64,000 nucleotides of DNA from Hydrolagus colliei (Eukaryota). Of this stretch, positions 12,831-25,503 are shown in pieces. Numbering within the stretch: position 1 is the first letter of the stretch; every line of letters starts with the position of its first letter. The notes beneath the pieces were generated by a model. The model had not been told where the DNA came from. It did no database searches and saw only the letters and a program-made list of their open reading frames with translations. The stretch is taken from positions 28,396,001 to 28,460,000 of the forward strand of contig CM068742.1 of the NCBI GenBank assembly GCA_035084275.1. The letters run 5' to 3'. The position numbers were made by a program, and so were the translations under genes.

Positions 12831-13759
12831 CGATTGTTGGTCATAATACTGGGAGAAACTTCCTTCACTTGGGAGTGAAGACAATTTGAGATGTAAATGG
12901 AGGTCACAGGGCAGCTTGACTCACATTGCAGCTCAATCACTAAAGGGTATATAAACATGGCATGTAACACAAAGGTGCTTAAGTTGTATTGCCATGTTAA
13001 TCGCGTGTTCCTCTGTATATTCGGCCTCTGGCTGCAAACTGTGCAAGTTTGACATCGTCTATCATAGTGCAGCCCAAGCCTGCATATGTAATAATGTCAT
13101 ATGCTCTGAGTCTATGCTCCTTTGCTGTCATGGAACACCATTATGTATGTCCTACCAATGAGGAGATAGTGCCAGTCATTACAGAAGACCCTAAACTTTC
13201 CTTTTAAAGGCTTGATAGAAAACATAATTGTTTTCCAAAAAGGTACATTTTTGAAAATTGAGCCAATGTGACCCACAGCCTTTTGACCTTGATCCCAGGA
13301 CTGATACAATGCAATGCTCTTCCTTCCAACCCTATCTCATGTCTGATGAATGTCAAGTCCCCAACCTCCTGACCCTGATTAGCAAACACGGTGTTACTTG
13401 AGCTGGTGTTTCAGAAATGAGTTATTTCTATCTGTCTTCTCAGGGAATACAACATGCCTGAAAGTTCTGCACCCCTGCCCAATGGTTGGGGAGTGGGGAG
13501 GAAAATAGGTGAGGGAAAGTTATACCTATTAGAAGCAGCTTACCTACTCTCCCATTTACAGTGTGTTGGAAAACCTTGAGACAACTGAAGTGATGAAGCA
13601 GGAAGATCGCAGGTATTTAAACAGCGACTACCCCGAGGTGATTTCTTTGTCCTTTCATCAGAGGATCAAAATGATCTTCAGTCATCCACTCCCACTGCTG
13701 AAAATGAGACTTGCCGGCCCATCTGTTTCACTCTGGTGTAGCCCTAATGAGGCATGGAA

Positions 13760-14130
13760 ACAAATTCATCACATATCGTGAATCGCATCCTCAGATGTTT
13801 TAATCAAGCGCAAAGGTTGTTTCGAGCAGGGTTAATGCTTTTAACAGATTGAACTGTACAGAAGGCAAAATTAAATCAACAGTGCATCAATCTAATAATG
13901 CACGGTGTAGTGTTCATTAATGGCGTGCTGAGCACACTGTATGCCCCTGTGGGGAAGTTATAGCGACTGATGGAGTGTGACTGGCAGGGCACCCCAAAGC
14001 TCCATTGATGGAATGATGGTCAAGCTTGAGAGAAGGCTGCTGTGAATCATTTGAAAACGTATTTTGCCTCACAGAGACTGTAGCATGCAATCACTTACAA
14101 TCATTTGCATGTCACATGACAGAGAAACCC
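13760..14130. promoter_or_regulatory. Candidate conserved non-coding element
   Basis: Repeat-free, several TAAT/ATTA and ATCAA/TTGAT motifs, elevated CpG; conservation not tested. Confidence 0.4.
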
Positions 14131-15691
14131 TTTCAATTTGTGCTTTTTTAAATTATTCCCTTTAATGTTTGCATATATGACCATTTTCATGAAATTATTT
14201 GGGAGAGGCGTTTTCATTTTTGTTTCACCTACAAACTACACAGTGTCTACACTTTAAAGTGTGTACACTTGAGGAGCTCTGAGACGGTGTGCACAATATA
14301 AATCAAAGTTGTTGTTGTTGTTAAAGGATATCTTGGGAGGTCCTCATGATGTGAAATGTGAGGATTATTATTATTTTTCATTTCTGTCATTACGATCATT
14401 GCATAGTGACCTAGAATAAACAGTCACTACATATGACAGTGGTAAACAATAATCTTTACATTTGACATGCCTGGCAGGCATCTCAAAGAGATTCACAGGA
14501 TTTTACAGGCTGCATTTCGCTGACAATATATACAGTCAAATCGCTTATTTGGTGCAGCCTCGAAGAAGTGATAAGGTGCTAAAGCAAATACAAGGATTAT
14601 TATTTGCTGTAAAGTGTAGTCACTGTGTACTTTTTAAGCACATATCACAGCCAATTTGAACATATTAATGCCCTGCAAACAGCTGTGAAGTGAATGATCA
14701 ATTTTATTTTGGGGGATTGTAGATCAGGACACCAGGAGAAGCTCTTTTCTGTTTTCAAACAATGCCATGCAAGCTTTAACGTCCACCTAAACAGGTGGAT
14801 GGGATCTCATCCAGCATTGCAGAACTCCCCCAGAACTTCACCGGCAAGTCAACCTGGACCAGAAGCTGAAAGTCCTGACAAGAGCCACGTGCTTTTGACT
14901 CACAGCCAAGAATGTCATCAAACCAGAGCCAGGCAAAGAATTATTGGAAAAACGTTCACAATATAGGTACAACAAAAAAGCGGGTTCTTTCATTCCTTGA
15001 TGAGTTTAAAATTGATTGCTCCAATTTTTAATGAATAGTAAATATGAAGATTTCTGCTTCTTTAGTTATATATTATCACCCATCTAGATTTTGTTTTACC
15101 CTCCAATATTATTCTCTCTTCTCTCTGGAGGATTCTGACACATGCTGACATATGGTTGCAGCTGCTTTCAGGTGCTCTGCCCAAGGGGCCATTCTTCATC
15201 TGTGAGTTCAGGCAGTGTCAGCAGCCTATTTCACAGTGGAGGGAATCCCAGCCGAGCTTGATCATGTCTTCACTAGATATCTCGACATGTGCATTTTTCA
15301 ACAGAGACTCCTGAGTAGTGATCTGCCTTTCTAACTCAGGCAGGAACACTGATCTTTTACCTATTATCTTCTGTGGAAGAGAGAGGTAAGTATTGGTGGA
15401 ACACTAACTAATGAGTTTTGCAATCCAACGGAGAGAATGTTTGTTCAATTTTGCTGTGTTTTTGGTAATTGACGTGGCAGACACATGTGGTCTAGGCAGA
15501 CACATTCTTATAATAGTTGTGGTGTCTGTGATTTTACAAATGGTGGATTTACAAACAGCATTATGAAGGCGTGTGAGTATTTTGCTTCCAGTGGATTACC
15601 ACACAGCATGGCAATTCTTAATTCTATTAGTTATTTATTGTGGTTTCTAGGGAAAGGGCAAACATCAGAGAGCAGAGGGCAGAGTGCTGGT

Positions 15692-15915
15692 TTGGTGCAG
15701 CTTGGCTCAACTGATTAGCAGTCACTCTGGGTCAGAAGTTCATAGATTCAGGCCCTCAGGGATTTTAATTGATAGTCTGCACTGACATGCTAGTGCAATA
15801 GTGGGGGTGATTGCAACAGTTTCGAGGTGTTGTCTTTGGATGAATATTAAGTTGAGGTCTCCATTTACTTCTTCAGATGTGTGTTAAAGATCACATGGCA
15901 GTATTTGAAAAGAGA
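15692..15915 (+). mobile_element. Old Deu-domain SINE (SacSINE1/AmnSINE-like), 5' part
   Basis: GTCTTTGGATGAATATTAAGTTGAGG..TAAAGATCACATGGCAGTATTTGAAAAGAG resembles the Deu domain; homologous to 25504-25920. Confidence 0.65.
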
Positions 15916-16239
15916 TGGACTCAATGAGGTAGGGCTTTATAATAATAATAATAATAATCACTGCACCTTTTATTTTGTCGAGATGTCTCAAAATGCTTCA
16001 AAGGATTTGTTTGTTTGAACAAGTAGAACAAATTTGCTTTAGATTTCAGGAAATCATGATTACTGTGGCTCCTTCCATGCTTCCTGGGTACAGTCTTGCT
16101 AACAGGACTCATTCATGAAAATCAACACAAGGAAAGATGGCGCAAGGCCTGAACCACAGAGAATGTGAAGAGTGAATGTGAAGAGCAGTAAAAGTAAAAG
16201 ACATCGAGCACTATCACTGTAGAGAATATAAATGTTCAG

Positions 16240-17200
16240 AATCCATTACAAAATGCATAAAAATATATTCACATCACACGTAACTTAATTTATAACTTAA
16301 TTAACAATTTGGCACTGTTGGCGGCAGAAGCACTAATACTGATTCATTGAATGTCCCCGGATTTTCATTTGTGATGCATTTACAATCCTGAAATTTCAAG
16401 CTGTGCAACAAAAATTGCGCAAATGATATTTTCAAACCTCTGGGTCTATTTCTGTTCAAAATCTGCTCTCTCGCTGCCTCAAGCGCTGCTTACAAACCAA
16501 ATATTTGTTGTAGATTGCTGAGGTGGGACAAAATGAATTAAACAGATTTTAAAGTCCTCTCAAGTTATTAGGTATAAGCAGGGAACAGAATTGCCTGAAT
16601 TACTAACATTCCTAGGTTACATTGTCCCATCTGTTGTGAAGATCACACAGCTGTTATCTCTTGTTTAGCGTATACTATTCCCTTGGAATATGCAGCAAAA
16701 TAAATCCTGAAAACACTTCAGTGCAAATTGCACAGTTTGATTGTAAGAGACTACTGTCTCTCATCGTCCCTTACAATGACACTATGTGACACTGGCTGCT
16801 GTCCAAGCAAAGGGACATTGCAGAATGCACCACTGCCTTACAGTCTCTGCTCAATGGGACTGTCCTAAACACTTCGTCAAGGTTAACTTAGCAATCGTTG
16901 TACATAAAGAGCTGTGCTTGCAGCTGTGAATCAATAGTGATAGTCTAAACCATAGTGGAGTGGGTTGCGCAGGAAGTTAATTGGTGCTATGGAAGTGTAA
17001 CTGATATGTGAATCACTAACATGATGCATGTGAAGCACTAATGTGTTAAGACCGCTAATAGATAATGATTAGCAGTTTGTGTTCACAACGTTGATAAAGT
17101 AGCAGGGTTTCAATGCTGCTGATTGGTGTGTTTTGTACCTTGTCTTGTAATTGGGGCTGAACCTTAATGATAATCTGCATGACATTTGTGGGGGTCGGGA
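16240..17200. promoter_or_regulatory. Candidate conserved non-coding elements (blocks ~16240-16520 and ~16880-17200)
   Basis: Repeat-free, with TTAATTAA, TAATTGG, TAATGATTA and ATTGCGCAA motifs; conservation not tested. Confidence 0.4.
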
Positions 17201-17449
17201 TACATTGTCAAATTCAGACTTGATTTAGAGGTTGGTATGTTTTAAGAACTGTGTAAAAAACAGGAAGCTATCAAATTAAAAAATAGTAATCCTCACATTT
17301 GGTTTAGCACCTTTCATGTTGAAAGGATGTCCCAAGGAGCTTCACAGGATACACTGAAAAGTGCAGTGACTGTGTGTTTTATGGGCGAATTTGTGCAAAT
17401 CAATGTCCCAGAAACATAATGATTAATTTTAATTGGGGAGATTTTTAGC

Positions 17450-17680
17450 TCGCAGTAAGTCAATCGGCAGATCACTTCTGGGGGTAATAATCCCTTAAAA
17501 AAATAATTTGATCACCCAATCCACAACTGTTTGTGGGACACTACTGTGTGCAATTTGCTGCTGTGTTTTTCCCATAAAATATACAGTCAATTCACTTTAT
17601 GGTATATTCTGTGAAGCATTTTGAGATGTCTCAACAACACGATAAGATGCTATTTCAAATGCAAAGATTAGTATTATTAC
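17450..17680 (+). mobile_element. SINE 3' portion (long subfamily)
   Basis: GCAGATCACTTCTGGGGGTAATAATCCC..GGGACACTACTGTGTGCAATT..TCAAATGCAAAGATTA. Confidence 0.82.
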
Positions 17681-18715
17681 TTATGAGTTCCAAGTCCCGA
17701 CCTGGACTTTGATCCCCCAACCTTCTAATGCAAAAGGGCGAGGGCTACCAATTTAGTCAGGGATGTACAAATTAAGAAATTCTCTGTTGAGACTACAATT
17801 TAAGACAAAAAGCTCTTACAGGCTAAGCATGTGTGGAGTTTTCACGTATAAGACCCATGAGGAAGAGGGAGTGAGGCTAATACACCAGCATGGACAAGAT
17901 GGAGAAATTTATGAAAAAAGCTGCACAGTGGCAAAGATTTCACAGTGTTTATCTTCGACTGAAATGAATGAAGCTTCCTTTTTTTTATTTGAAGAGACAT
18001 GTTTCTCAAAACTGCGAATATGTTGAAAAGGAATCTCTAATGCTATGAATTCTTGTAAAAAAAACATGCTTGTGTCCGTGTAGGGGTGGGGGGGGGTAGG
18101 GTGGTGGTGGTGGGGGGTGGAAGGGTGGACAGTGGTGTTGGGATGGCCGTGTGAACCGTTTGTTTGTCTATCCCTGGGAAAGGGGCCATCAGACTTGATG
18201 CACTGCCATCTGGCAGGTAAAAGCAACTTCCAGTTAGTTTAGATTAATCTGAATTGCTTGACATCACCCTTTGCTGGCTCGTCTGCTGTGCCCAGAACTC
18301 ACAGTAGGGGCTGAGGCTCTAGCCCAGGACCTGTCTCAGTGGCAACTCCTGTTTATTTGCTGCTTGTGACAGCTGAGTTTGCCCTCAGTACGTTAACGCT
18401 GATATGAATTACTTTCAGTGAAATCACTTAACCTTATGTTTCTCTGTGTGCAGTTGCAAAGTAGCTCATTGATTTTTGAAGATCTGATGGGAAATGCATT
18501 GCCAACAGTCCTCAGCTCAATGTGAGGACAGGTATGGGATAAGTGTGACTTTCTATCAGTGTGTCCTGGGAAATGATTGGTTTAGTGAGGTGAACTCAGC
18601 CTTGAAGGACTTGCAGTCTCCGTGAACGACAGAATGTTTTGAATTTCGTGTGATATTATAAGGTCATTTTTATTTCTTATTCTTTTTCCAATTTCTTCAC
18701 CCTCTTCTTCTAAAG

Positions 18716-18808
18716 GAGGTAACCTGTCCTGGGGGTACGTTTCCTGTATGTACTGCAAGAGGTTGTCCATGGTGTGTGAGCCCGGCATGGTAATGTCAGG
18801 CTGTTTGA
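18716..18808. other. Candidate small coding exon, strand ambiguous
   Basis: Plus: long pyrimidine tract, AAG acceptor, 18716-18789, GTAATG donor, open frame GNLSWGYVSCMYCKRLSMVCEPGM. Minus: CTCCTTTTCCCCTGCAG acceptor, KQPDITMPGSHTMDNLLQYIQETYPQD. Shared third codon positions are mostly G/C. Confidence 0.35.
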
Positions 18809-18828
18809 CTGCAGGGGAAAAGGAGCAT

Positions 18829-19335
18829 CAACAACAACAACAATTTACATTTATATAGCGCCTTTCACGTCGGGAGGATGTCCCAAGGCGCTAAACAAGA
18901 GGCGTGTGACCCGAGCTGGGAGGGGAGTGTTTGGGAAGGGGTGAAACACGAATGGGAGGTAAAAGAGTTCGGGGTGGAACAGAAGGCACGATCGAAGAGG
19001 AAAGTCTTCAAATCGGCCTTGAAAGAGGAAAGGGAAGAGGCGAAATGGAGGGATTGAGGGATGGCATTCCATAAGGTGGGAGCGGAGAAACTGAAGGCCC
19101 GGCCTCCGATGGTGGGCGGGGGGCTTGGAGCAGGCCAAGTCCTGTTGAACGGAGGGTCCGGGTGGGCGTGTAGGGGGAGAGTAGATCGGTTAGGTAGGAT
19201 GGGGCAAGGCCGTGTAAGGCCTTGTAGGTGAGGACGAGGATCTTAAATTCGATCCTCTGGAGGATGGGGAGCCAGTGGAGACGGGCGAGGGTGGGGGTTA
19301 TGTGGTCACGGAGGCGGGTGCGGGATGGTACACGG
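18829..19335 (-). mobile_element. L2 LINE young copy (subfamily A), near-identical to 1603-2201
   Basis: ORFs 19008..19355 and 18851..19138 repeat the peptides of the 1603 copy; (CAA)n tail; ~10-bp deletion between GGGCGG repeats. Confidence 0.93.
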
Positions 19336-19571
19336 CCTAGCAGTATTTGACTCATTTGACACTGAGTTCAGTGGTAGAAAATGTTTCTTCCTCCTCCACA
19401 TCCCTATGCTCTGACTCAGAGTCAAACGATGAACCTTCCTGCTCTGTGTGACTCAGTCCTAGACCTGATGCTGCATTTAACCACTGAGCTATGTAAAAGA
19501 GAGCCCTGGCATTCTTTAAATAATCAAGAAATCTGAGTGCTGAACTCTGTGAGATTAGGGCACGAGGCAGA

Positions 19572-20100
19572 GGGATGAAAATTGGGTTGGCGTGGACAAA
19601 TTGTGTGATTGGTAGTTTTACCACAGTAAGATGGCGCTTGTATCAAGTGTCAAAGTGATTATGGCAGCGGGGTTGTGTTACCAGCACAAATCGCCGAGAG
19701 GTCCATTACAGGACAAAGGCACAAGATTGAAAGCAGAACAAAGTGAAGTTGTTGCAAGGCCAACATGCAGCCCATGATGATGAGATGCAGGCGCCATATA
19801 ATTAGTCAATAAAATGTTGAACTACCCCCTGATGATTACTACATTTTTGAACTTTACATGACTCTGGGAACAGTTTGCTCTGATTATATAACCACACCCC
19901 AGGGCGAGTGTAATGCTTATTTGTTTGTCTTTTTTTGTGGGATGCATTCCTCGTAATTGTGCAGGCCGAGTCCTCAAGCCTCTGCCAACAGAACAAATCT
20001 CGCGTAAAATTTTTTGTTCGTCAACGATTCCTGCCCAATGCTGAGAGACAGCAAGGTTTGCACAAGTGTGCGCAAGTAAGCTTTTGCCTCAATTATCCTT
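19572..20100. mobile_element. Possible old non-autonomous DNA transposon remnant
   Basis: CpG-elevated block bounded by weakly complementary ends GGGATGAAAATTGGG / CTCAATTATCC. Confidence 0.3.
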
Positions 20101-20670
20101 TCTGAGTCAACTGTAGGAGAGCAAGTTAGGATGTGTGAAATGGGTTTCATTTGTCAGACTTATTATCTCCAGAGCAGCCTGCTCTGATAGTGTGAACTTT
20201 GATAGTGTCAGTTGAAGACTGTTTGCACTGGATGGTTTGTATAACTCCCTCCTGTTGATTTAGGCATGTACTGCTTGCAGTCTGCCTGTTGCCAGACAAG
20301 AATAGTTCAATGAGGGCCATGGCATATAGAGAGAGAAACAAGCAGCTCAAAAAACCAAACAGTTTCCTCCAATGGGGCAATATGATACACACTGCAAATA
20401 TCATTCACCAAATTCCAATACAAAGATTGATTTTTCTTCTATTTCCCAACCTCAGGGGCCAATTGTAGTTTCTGGCTAAGGTCCACTCATTCAGCACAGA
20501 CGAGGGTTTGAACCTGGGTTTTTCCCACTCTGTACGTTTTAGGTTCACACCAGACTGTAGCTATGCCAGTTGAGTCACTGTTGATTCACAGTGAAGCTCC
20601 CATTATAACATGGTATTGGGGACCTATAAAATATTAACACAGTGCTATAGTGAGATGCAATCGTGGATTT

Positions 20671-20783
20671 CATAGAATCATAGAATTTTATGGCACAAAA
20701 GGAGGCCATTCAGCCCATCTAGTCTGTGCCGGCTCTTTGAAAAAAGCAACTCAATCCCATTGCCCAACTCTCTCCCCATAACC
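20671..20783 (-). mobile_element. CR1-clade LINE 3' tail
   Basis: CATAGAATCATAGAAT..GGAGGCCATTCAGCCCATC, the reverse of the (ATTCTATG)n CR1 terminal repeat. Confidence 0.8.
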
Positions 20784-20926
20784 TAACAGACCCAAAAAAT
20801 CCCACTAACCTAATTTGACTGCAAGCGCCCAGCTAGCCAGCTTCCTCCCTGTGCACAAGATGTTTCTTGGGTAAAAAATGGCCAACTAATGTGTTAATGG
20901 GTCATTGCCAACATTGCTTTCCGTTT

Positions 20927-21155
20927 GCAGGAAATTGTGCTGGTAGCAATCTGATGTCACATAAATCTGCCTTCATTTAACAGCAAGACGTTAAATGGTC
21001 AACTTCTGGGTCATTAGGACAACACTGACATCAATTCATGCTTAACTCATTGTGCTTCAAAGCAGGACATTACATGGACAATGACCCAAAAGTTGGGCAT
21101 TTTAGCTTCTCTTGGTAAATGGCAGCAAGAGATTCCCACCAGCATCACTTGCTGC
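20927..21155. repeat. Degenerate palindrome (MITE-like)
   Basis: AAATGGTCAACTTCTGGGTCATT pairs with AATGACCCAAAAGTTGGGCATTT (20/23); outer arms GCAGGAAATTGTGCTGGTAGCAATCT / AGATTCCCACCAGCATCACTTGCTGC. Confidence 0.75.
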
Positions 21156-21389
21156 CAGTTGGACGAACTGCTCAACAGATGTGCAGTAAAATATTAAATT
21201 TTATGCTTCCTACTTTTCCTATTTCTTGCTTTCCAATAGATTATTTCTTAAGTTTATCCAGCCCATAGATTCCTTTAAAAAAATGATCAGTAAAGATGCA
21301 TAGTTTCTAAAGTGGAAAATCTTTGACAAATATCTCAAATAAAATGTAAGAGATCTGGTATTAATTTAGGTAAGATGTTGATTAGCGTA

Positions 21390-21585
21390 AATCTCTGGAA
21401 TCTCTGAAACCTCTCCCACTCTTTCCTTTCCTACCCTCTTTCAAGGCACGTCTCAAAGCTTACCTCTAGACCCTGTTTTCAATCATCGTTCCCCATGTCA
21501 ACTCCTTGGGTTCCCATCCAGCAATGTGAAGTGCTTTGAGACATTTGCCAACAGGAAGGGTGTTATATAAATGTAAATTGTATTC
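21390..21585 (+). mobile_element. Old L2 3' fragment
   Basis: CTCTGGAATCTC..TTCAAGGCACGTCTCAAAGC..GAAGGGTGTTATATAAATGTAAATTG. Confidence 0.7.
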
Positions 21586-21974
21586 TATTCCGATGTTTCA
21601 TTTCTAAAATTCATGGGATTATTGTGGGCAGGTATTCACTATTATGTCTGAAAATCATTTGAATTTGTACATCAAAGTAGATTAACATCTTGAAACTGCT
21701 TGTTGAACAATAATCCCTGTATTTGCATATTCTTTCATCACTTGGCCAATTTGGATACAGCAATGTGTTACCTTGAAGTTAGTGGCCAATTTTATCTGGA
21801 GGATTTTTGGCTGAGACACTGGGAGAAACTCCCTTCATTTTTCTAATATTGGCATAGGATCTTTATCATTCACCTGAACAAGCAGATGGGACCGCATTTA
21901 TTTTGCCTCATCCAATGTGCAATACATTGGGTGGGTGGGGGGAAGAGAAGGTGAAATAGAGAGAAGGTGAGTCA

Positions 21975-22101
21975 GAGAGAGAGATCTCTATATGATGCAC
22001 TTACAGAGAGAGGGAGAGAGAGAGGATTCAGAGAAGCAACAATAAATTCATGTTATTTACCTTAATCCTAAGAGAGAAGCATTGTCGCTGGTTGATTGCA
22101 A
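21975..22101 (+). repeat. Direct repeat copy 1 (partner 23468-23578)
   Basis: ATATGAT.CACTTACAGAGAGAG..CAGAGAAGCAA.AATAA.TTCATG.TATTTA..AGAGAGAAGC.TTGT.GCTGGTTGATTGCAAC shared by both copies. Confidence 0.9.
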
Positions 22102-23467
22102 CATCGCAACTGGGTCCTAGTGCTATACGCTAGCGCGAAGTGACATCGAGGCTGGTTGATGCAACTGGGTCCTAGCGCTAAACGCTAGTGTTAGTGTTAA
22201 AACCCGTGGATAAGCAAGGGTTATAAGCCGTGGTTTGCAAGGGTTGTTGCATTTAGCAAACTGGATATGTGAGTTTTGCAATTGACAAGGCCGCAGTTGG
22301 GGCGGGGTACCTGTACTTACAACAGGGTAGCATTCTGCCAGAATTTTTAAGAAACGGCGAGCAACAGTCCACTTCAGAAACACTCGGTTTCCGATGCAAG
22401 CACTGGAAAACATTTGTGCTTTATCTTTCTAATAATGAAAAGTAGATGTATTATAATTTTCTAATATTATGTTGGCCATTTTATTATTGCACCTCTTTAT
22501 ACAAACATGAACAAATGTCTTGGAAAATTCTTTAGCAATGACGACAATATCCCTGCGGTAATAAAACAAGTCTGTTATTTCTGATTTCTGCAGTTGGGAC
22601 TCAAAGCCCCACAGTTACTTTTATGGTGGGGCTGTGTGGAGGAGGTACCTTGCTTTCATCTCCACTAAAATAAAAAAAATTCAATACATTAAGGAAAGGT
22701 CATGTCTACAGGCTGAAGGCAAAACAAATGCCTGGTTGCCTTCAACATTAGAGGGCAGTGCTGTCTAAGAATTCTGCATCTCTACACTATAAGAACTGGC
22801 AACAGCATTATGAGGCTTTGAACCCACCCCTACCACCTTCACGTGCAAAGCCACTGGATCAGTAAATCAACATCAGTGGATTTTCTTTTGTTCTTAAGGA
22901 AAACAAAAATATTTCTCAGGTTACAATCTAAGTAGGATTGCCGTGAAAAAATAAATCAGTACTTTGAATACAGTCATTGACTTTAATGTGAGCTTGGGAC
23001 AATGACACAATTCAAAAGATTTTACATTATGTACCAGACTCTGTGACAGACTTAATAACCTTGCGTATTTTATAGTGGACAACAGAAGAAACAAAGAGGG
23101 GACGGGGGTTATTCTGCTCTGTGCTCTTGTGTGGTGCATTCACAGTTATGGTCCAAGTGTATTCTTCAATACATTTTGCCACTTTGTTCTGATACACTTA
23201 CAACTCAAATGCAATTTTTACAGCATTTCATTTAATGACTTACGCTTGAAATTCTTCCTTATTTCTCCTTCTGAGTTCCTCTCCAGTGCTTCAAATTGAG
23301 CCATTGAAGGTGAGATGACTCAAATTACTGTACAAACAATATTCCAAATGTGATGTCAATTGAAGGTAGGAATTGCTTATTTTAGCTCTAAGTCCTTTCG
23401 AACAAGAACTCAGATGAAAAGAGTAACAAATGAATCTATGTATTAGGAATTAAAAGCTTTATGCTAA

Positions 23468-23578
23468 GAGGAGAGACTCCTCATATGATACACTTACAGA
23501 GAGAGAAGGAAGATGCAGAGAAGCAATAATAATTTCATGGTATTTAAGAGAGAAGCTTTGTTGCTGGTTGATTGCAAC
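23468..23578 (+). repeat. Direct repeat copy 2 (partner 21975-22101)
   Basis: Same block as copy 1, without its ~13-bp insertion. Confidence 0.9.
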
Positions 23579-24433
23579 GATATGATTGTAAAGGTTTAGA
23601 ATTAAGAAAAAATATAACAATTCATATATGGATAGGCCCCTAACACAACTAATAGATACCGTGTCAATAAGTGCCATTTTCAAATATCCACTTAAGAGCA
23701 GCAGTAAAATAAGAATAGATACAGAATAATATGAATAAATATTCCACATGAGGCCAGAGGAAAATATCGTGTTGATGGCTGCAAAATAAATTAAATACAA
23801 ACTCTTAATAATAAAATGCACAAATGCAACAGTTTCCCAAACTTAAGGGTACAAGTCAAACACCTTTTATTTCACATATGAACAGTGAACTGCCAACCTT
23901 CCTGTACAGGTTATGAAGAAGAGCATTAAAGGTATCATCAACAACAACAAAGTTACATTGGTTTAGTGCCTTTCACGTCGGGAGGACGTCCCAAGGTGCT
24001 GGACAGACAATGTTTCACACCCGAGCTAGGGTTGGGATTTTATGTATCCATGAACTTCATAAAGTTGTCTGGGACTCAATAAAGAAGCAGCAACCCATTG
24101 CCTTCAGGCATCATGCTCTTCAGAATTATCTTTCGTACATTTAAATGGAAGACAGTCATATCACTGTCATGTTTGTAGGCAGATAAAATAATGTCAGTAT
24201 CTCTGTGTTCATTTGGGAACTTTGATATTCATCTGTTGTTAATCTATGGTTTATCATCATGACTCCAGTTCAACATGACTGTTATAAATACGTAACATGA
24301 TCACAACAGACTAAGCCTACCTCATGTTTTTAAAACATCATTTTATGTAGGACTTGCTATAATTTATGTACAGCATGAGTCCTAAACAAAAAGGGGGTGG
24401 GCGGAGGAAATACGGTATGTGATATGTAATAAA

Positions 24434-24778
24434 TGGAGCTCTTGTGGCTCAGTGGTTAGAGCACTTGTCTTGCAAGCTGGGGAAACCAAGCTAGGGAGAC
24501 CTGTGTTCGAATCCAGGCAGGTCAGGGCGAAACCTTGGGCAAGTTTCCTTACTCCACATGCCTAATAATAATCCCTCCCAAAAAAAACACAATAATAAGA
24601 TTGGTCATTTCAATCCATGACTGTGTGTGGGACACTGCTTTGCGCAATTGGCTGCCGCGATTCGGCCACAAATATATACAGTCAATTCACTTTACAGTAT
24701 ATTCTGTGAGGCGCTTTAGGATAACGATAAGATGTGAAAAGCGCTATATCAAATGCAAGGATTATTATTATTATTATT
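24434..24778 (+). mobile_element. tRNA-derived SINE, full length
   Basis: A box TGGCTCAGTGG, B box GTTCGAATCC, small internal duplication CAAGCT.GGGA.AC, (ATT)n tail. Confidence 0.93.
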
Positions 24779-25503
24779 AAATATCACAAATGATTATCAC
24801 CAAATACCTTTTCCAACCTGCAAGTTTTGAAAATGACACAATCAACTTATTCAGAAACTTCAGCTGAGATTTTTTGGGTGCATTTGGTGCAGAAGTTCAG
24901 TATAGGAGGTAATTTAAGCAATAAATGGTTAGTAACATTTGACAGGTATTTAGAACCTGTACGAGATGCAGCTGATATATCTGCTAGCTCTGGGGAACTG
25001 TTAATCATTCACAGTTTTCTCAGATTTAATTTGTGATGAAAAATGAAGCATAGGCAGACATCAAAACGCTTCTCAAGATGACGGATCTCTCCTTATTTTT
25101 CATGCACCAATAGCGATCTCTAATGCACTATGTTTAGCATAAGATTTCCTGTGTGAAATACCCATTCCAGCACACTTCATTAAAATACATTTTGCATAGC
25201 CTCAAAAACAGCCTAATGACCGGCAAAAAACATTTTGTTTTGCCAGCTTTAGTCTAATTTAGGAATTCTTCCTGTTGAAAATATGAAGGAATAATATCCT
25301 GCTTTATAAATGCACATTGTCGAACTCACTACATTTAACTACAAGGAGAATATCTAACCAGGGTATTATTAACAAAAACTCCAGCCCGACATGGGGTCTC
25401 TATGTTATGTGTTAAGTCCGTGTGATATAATTACTAAGTACAGTACTGTGTAGTTCTGCAGCCTAAAATGTCTCCCATGCACTGTTTACATGATACATAC
25501 TAT

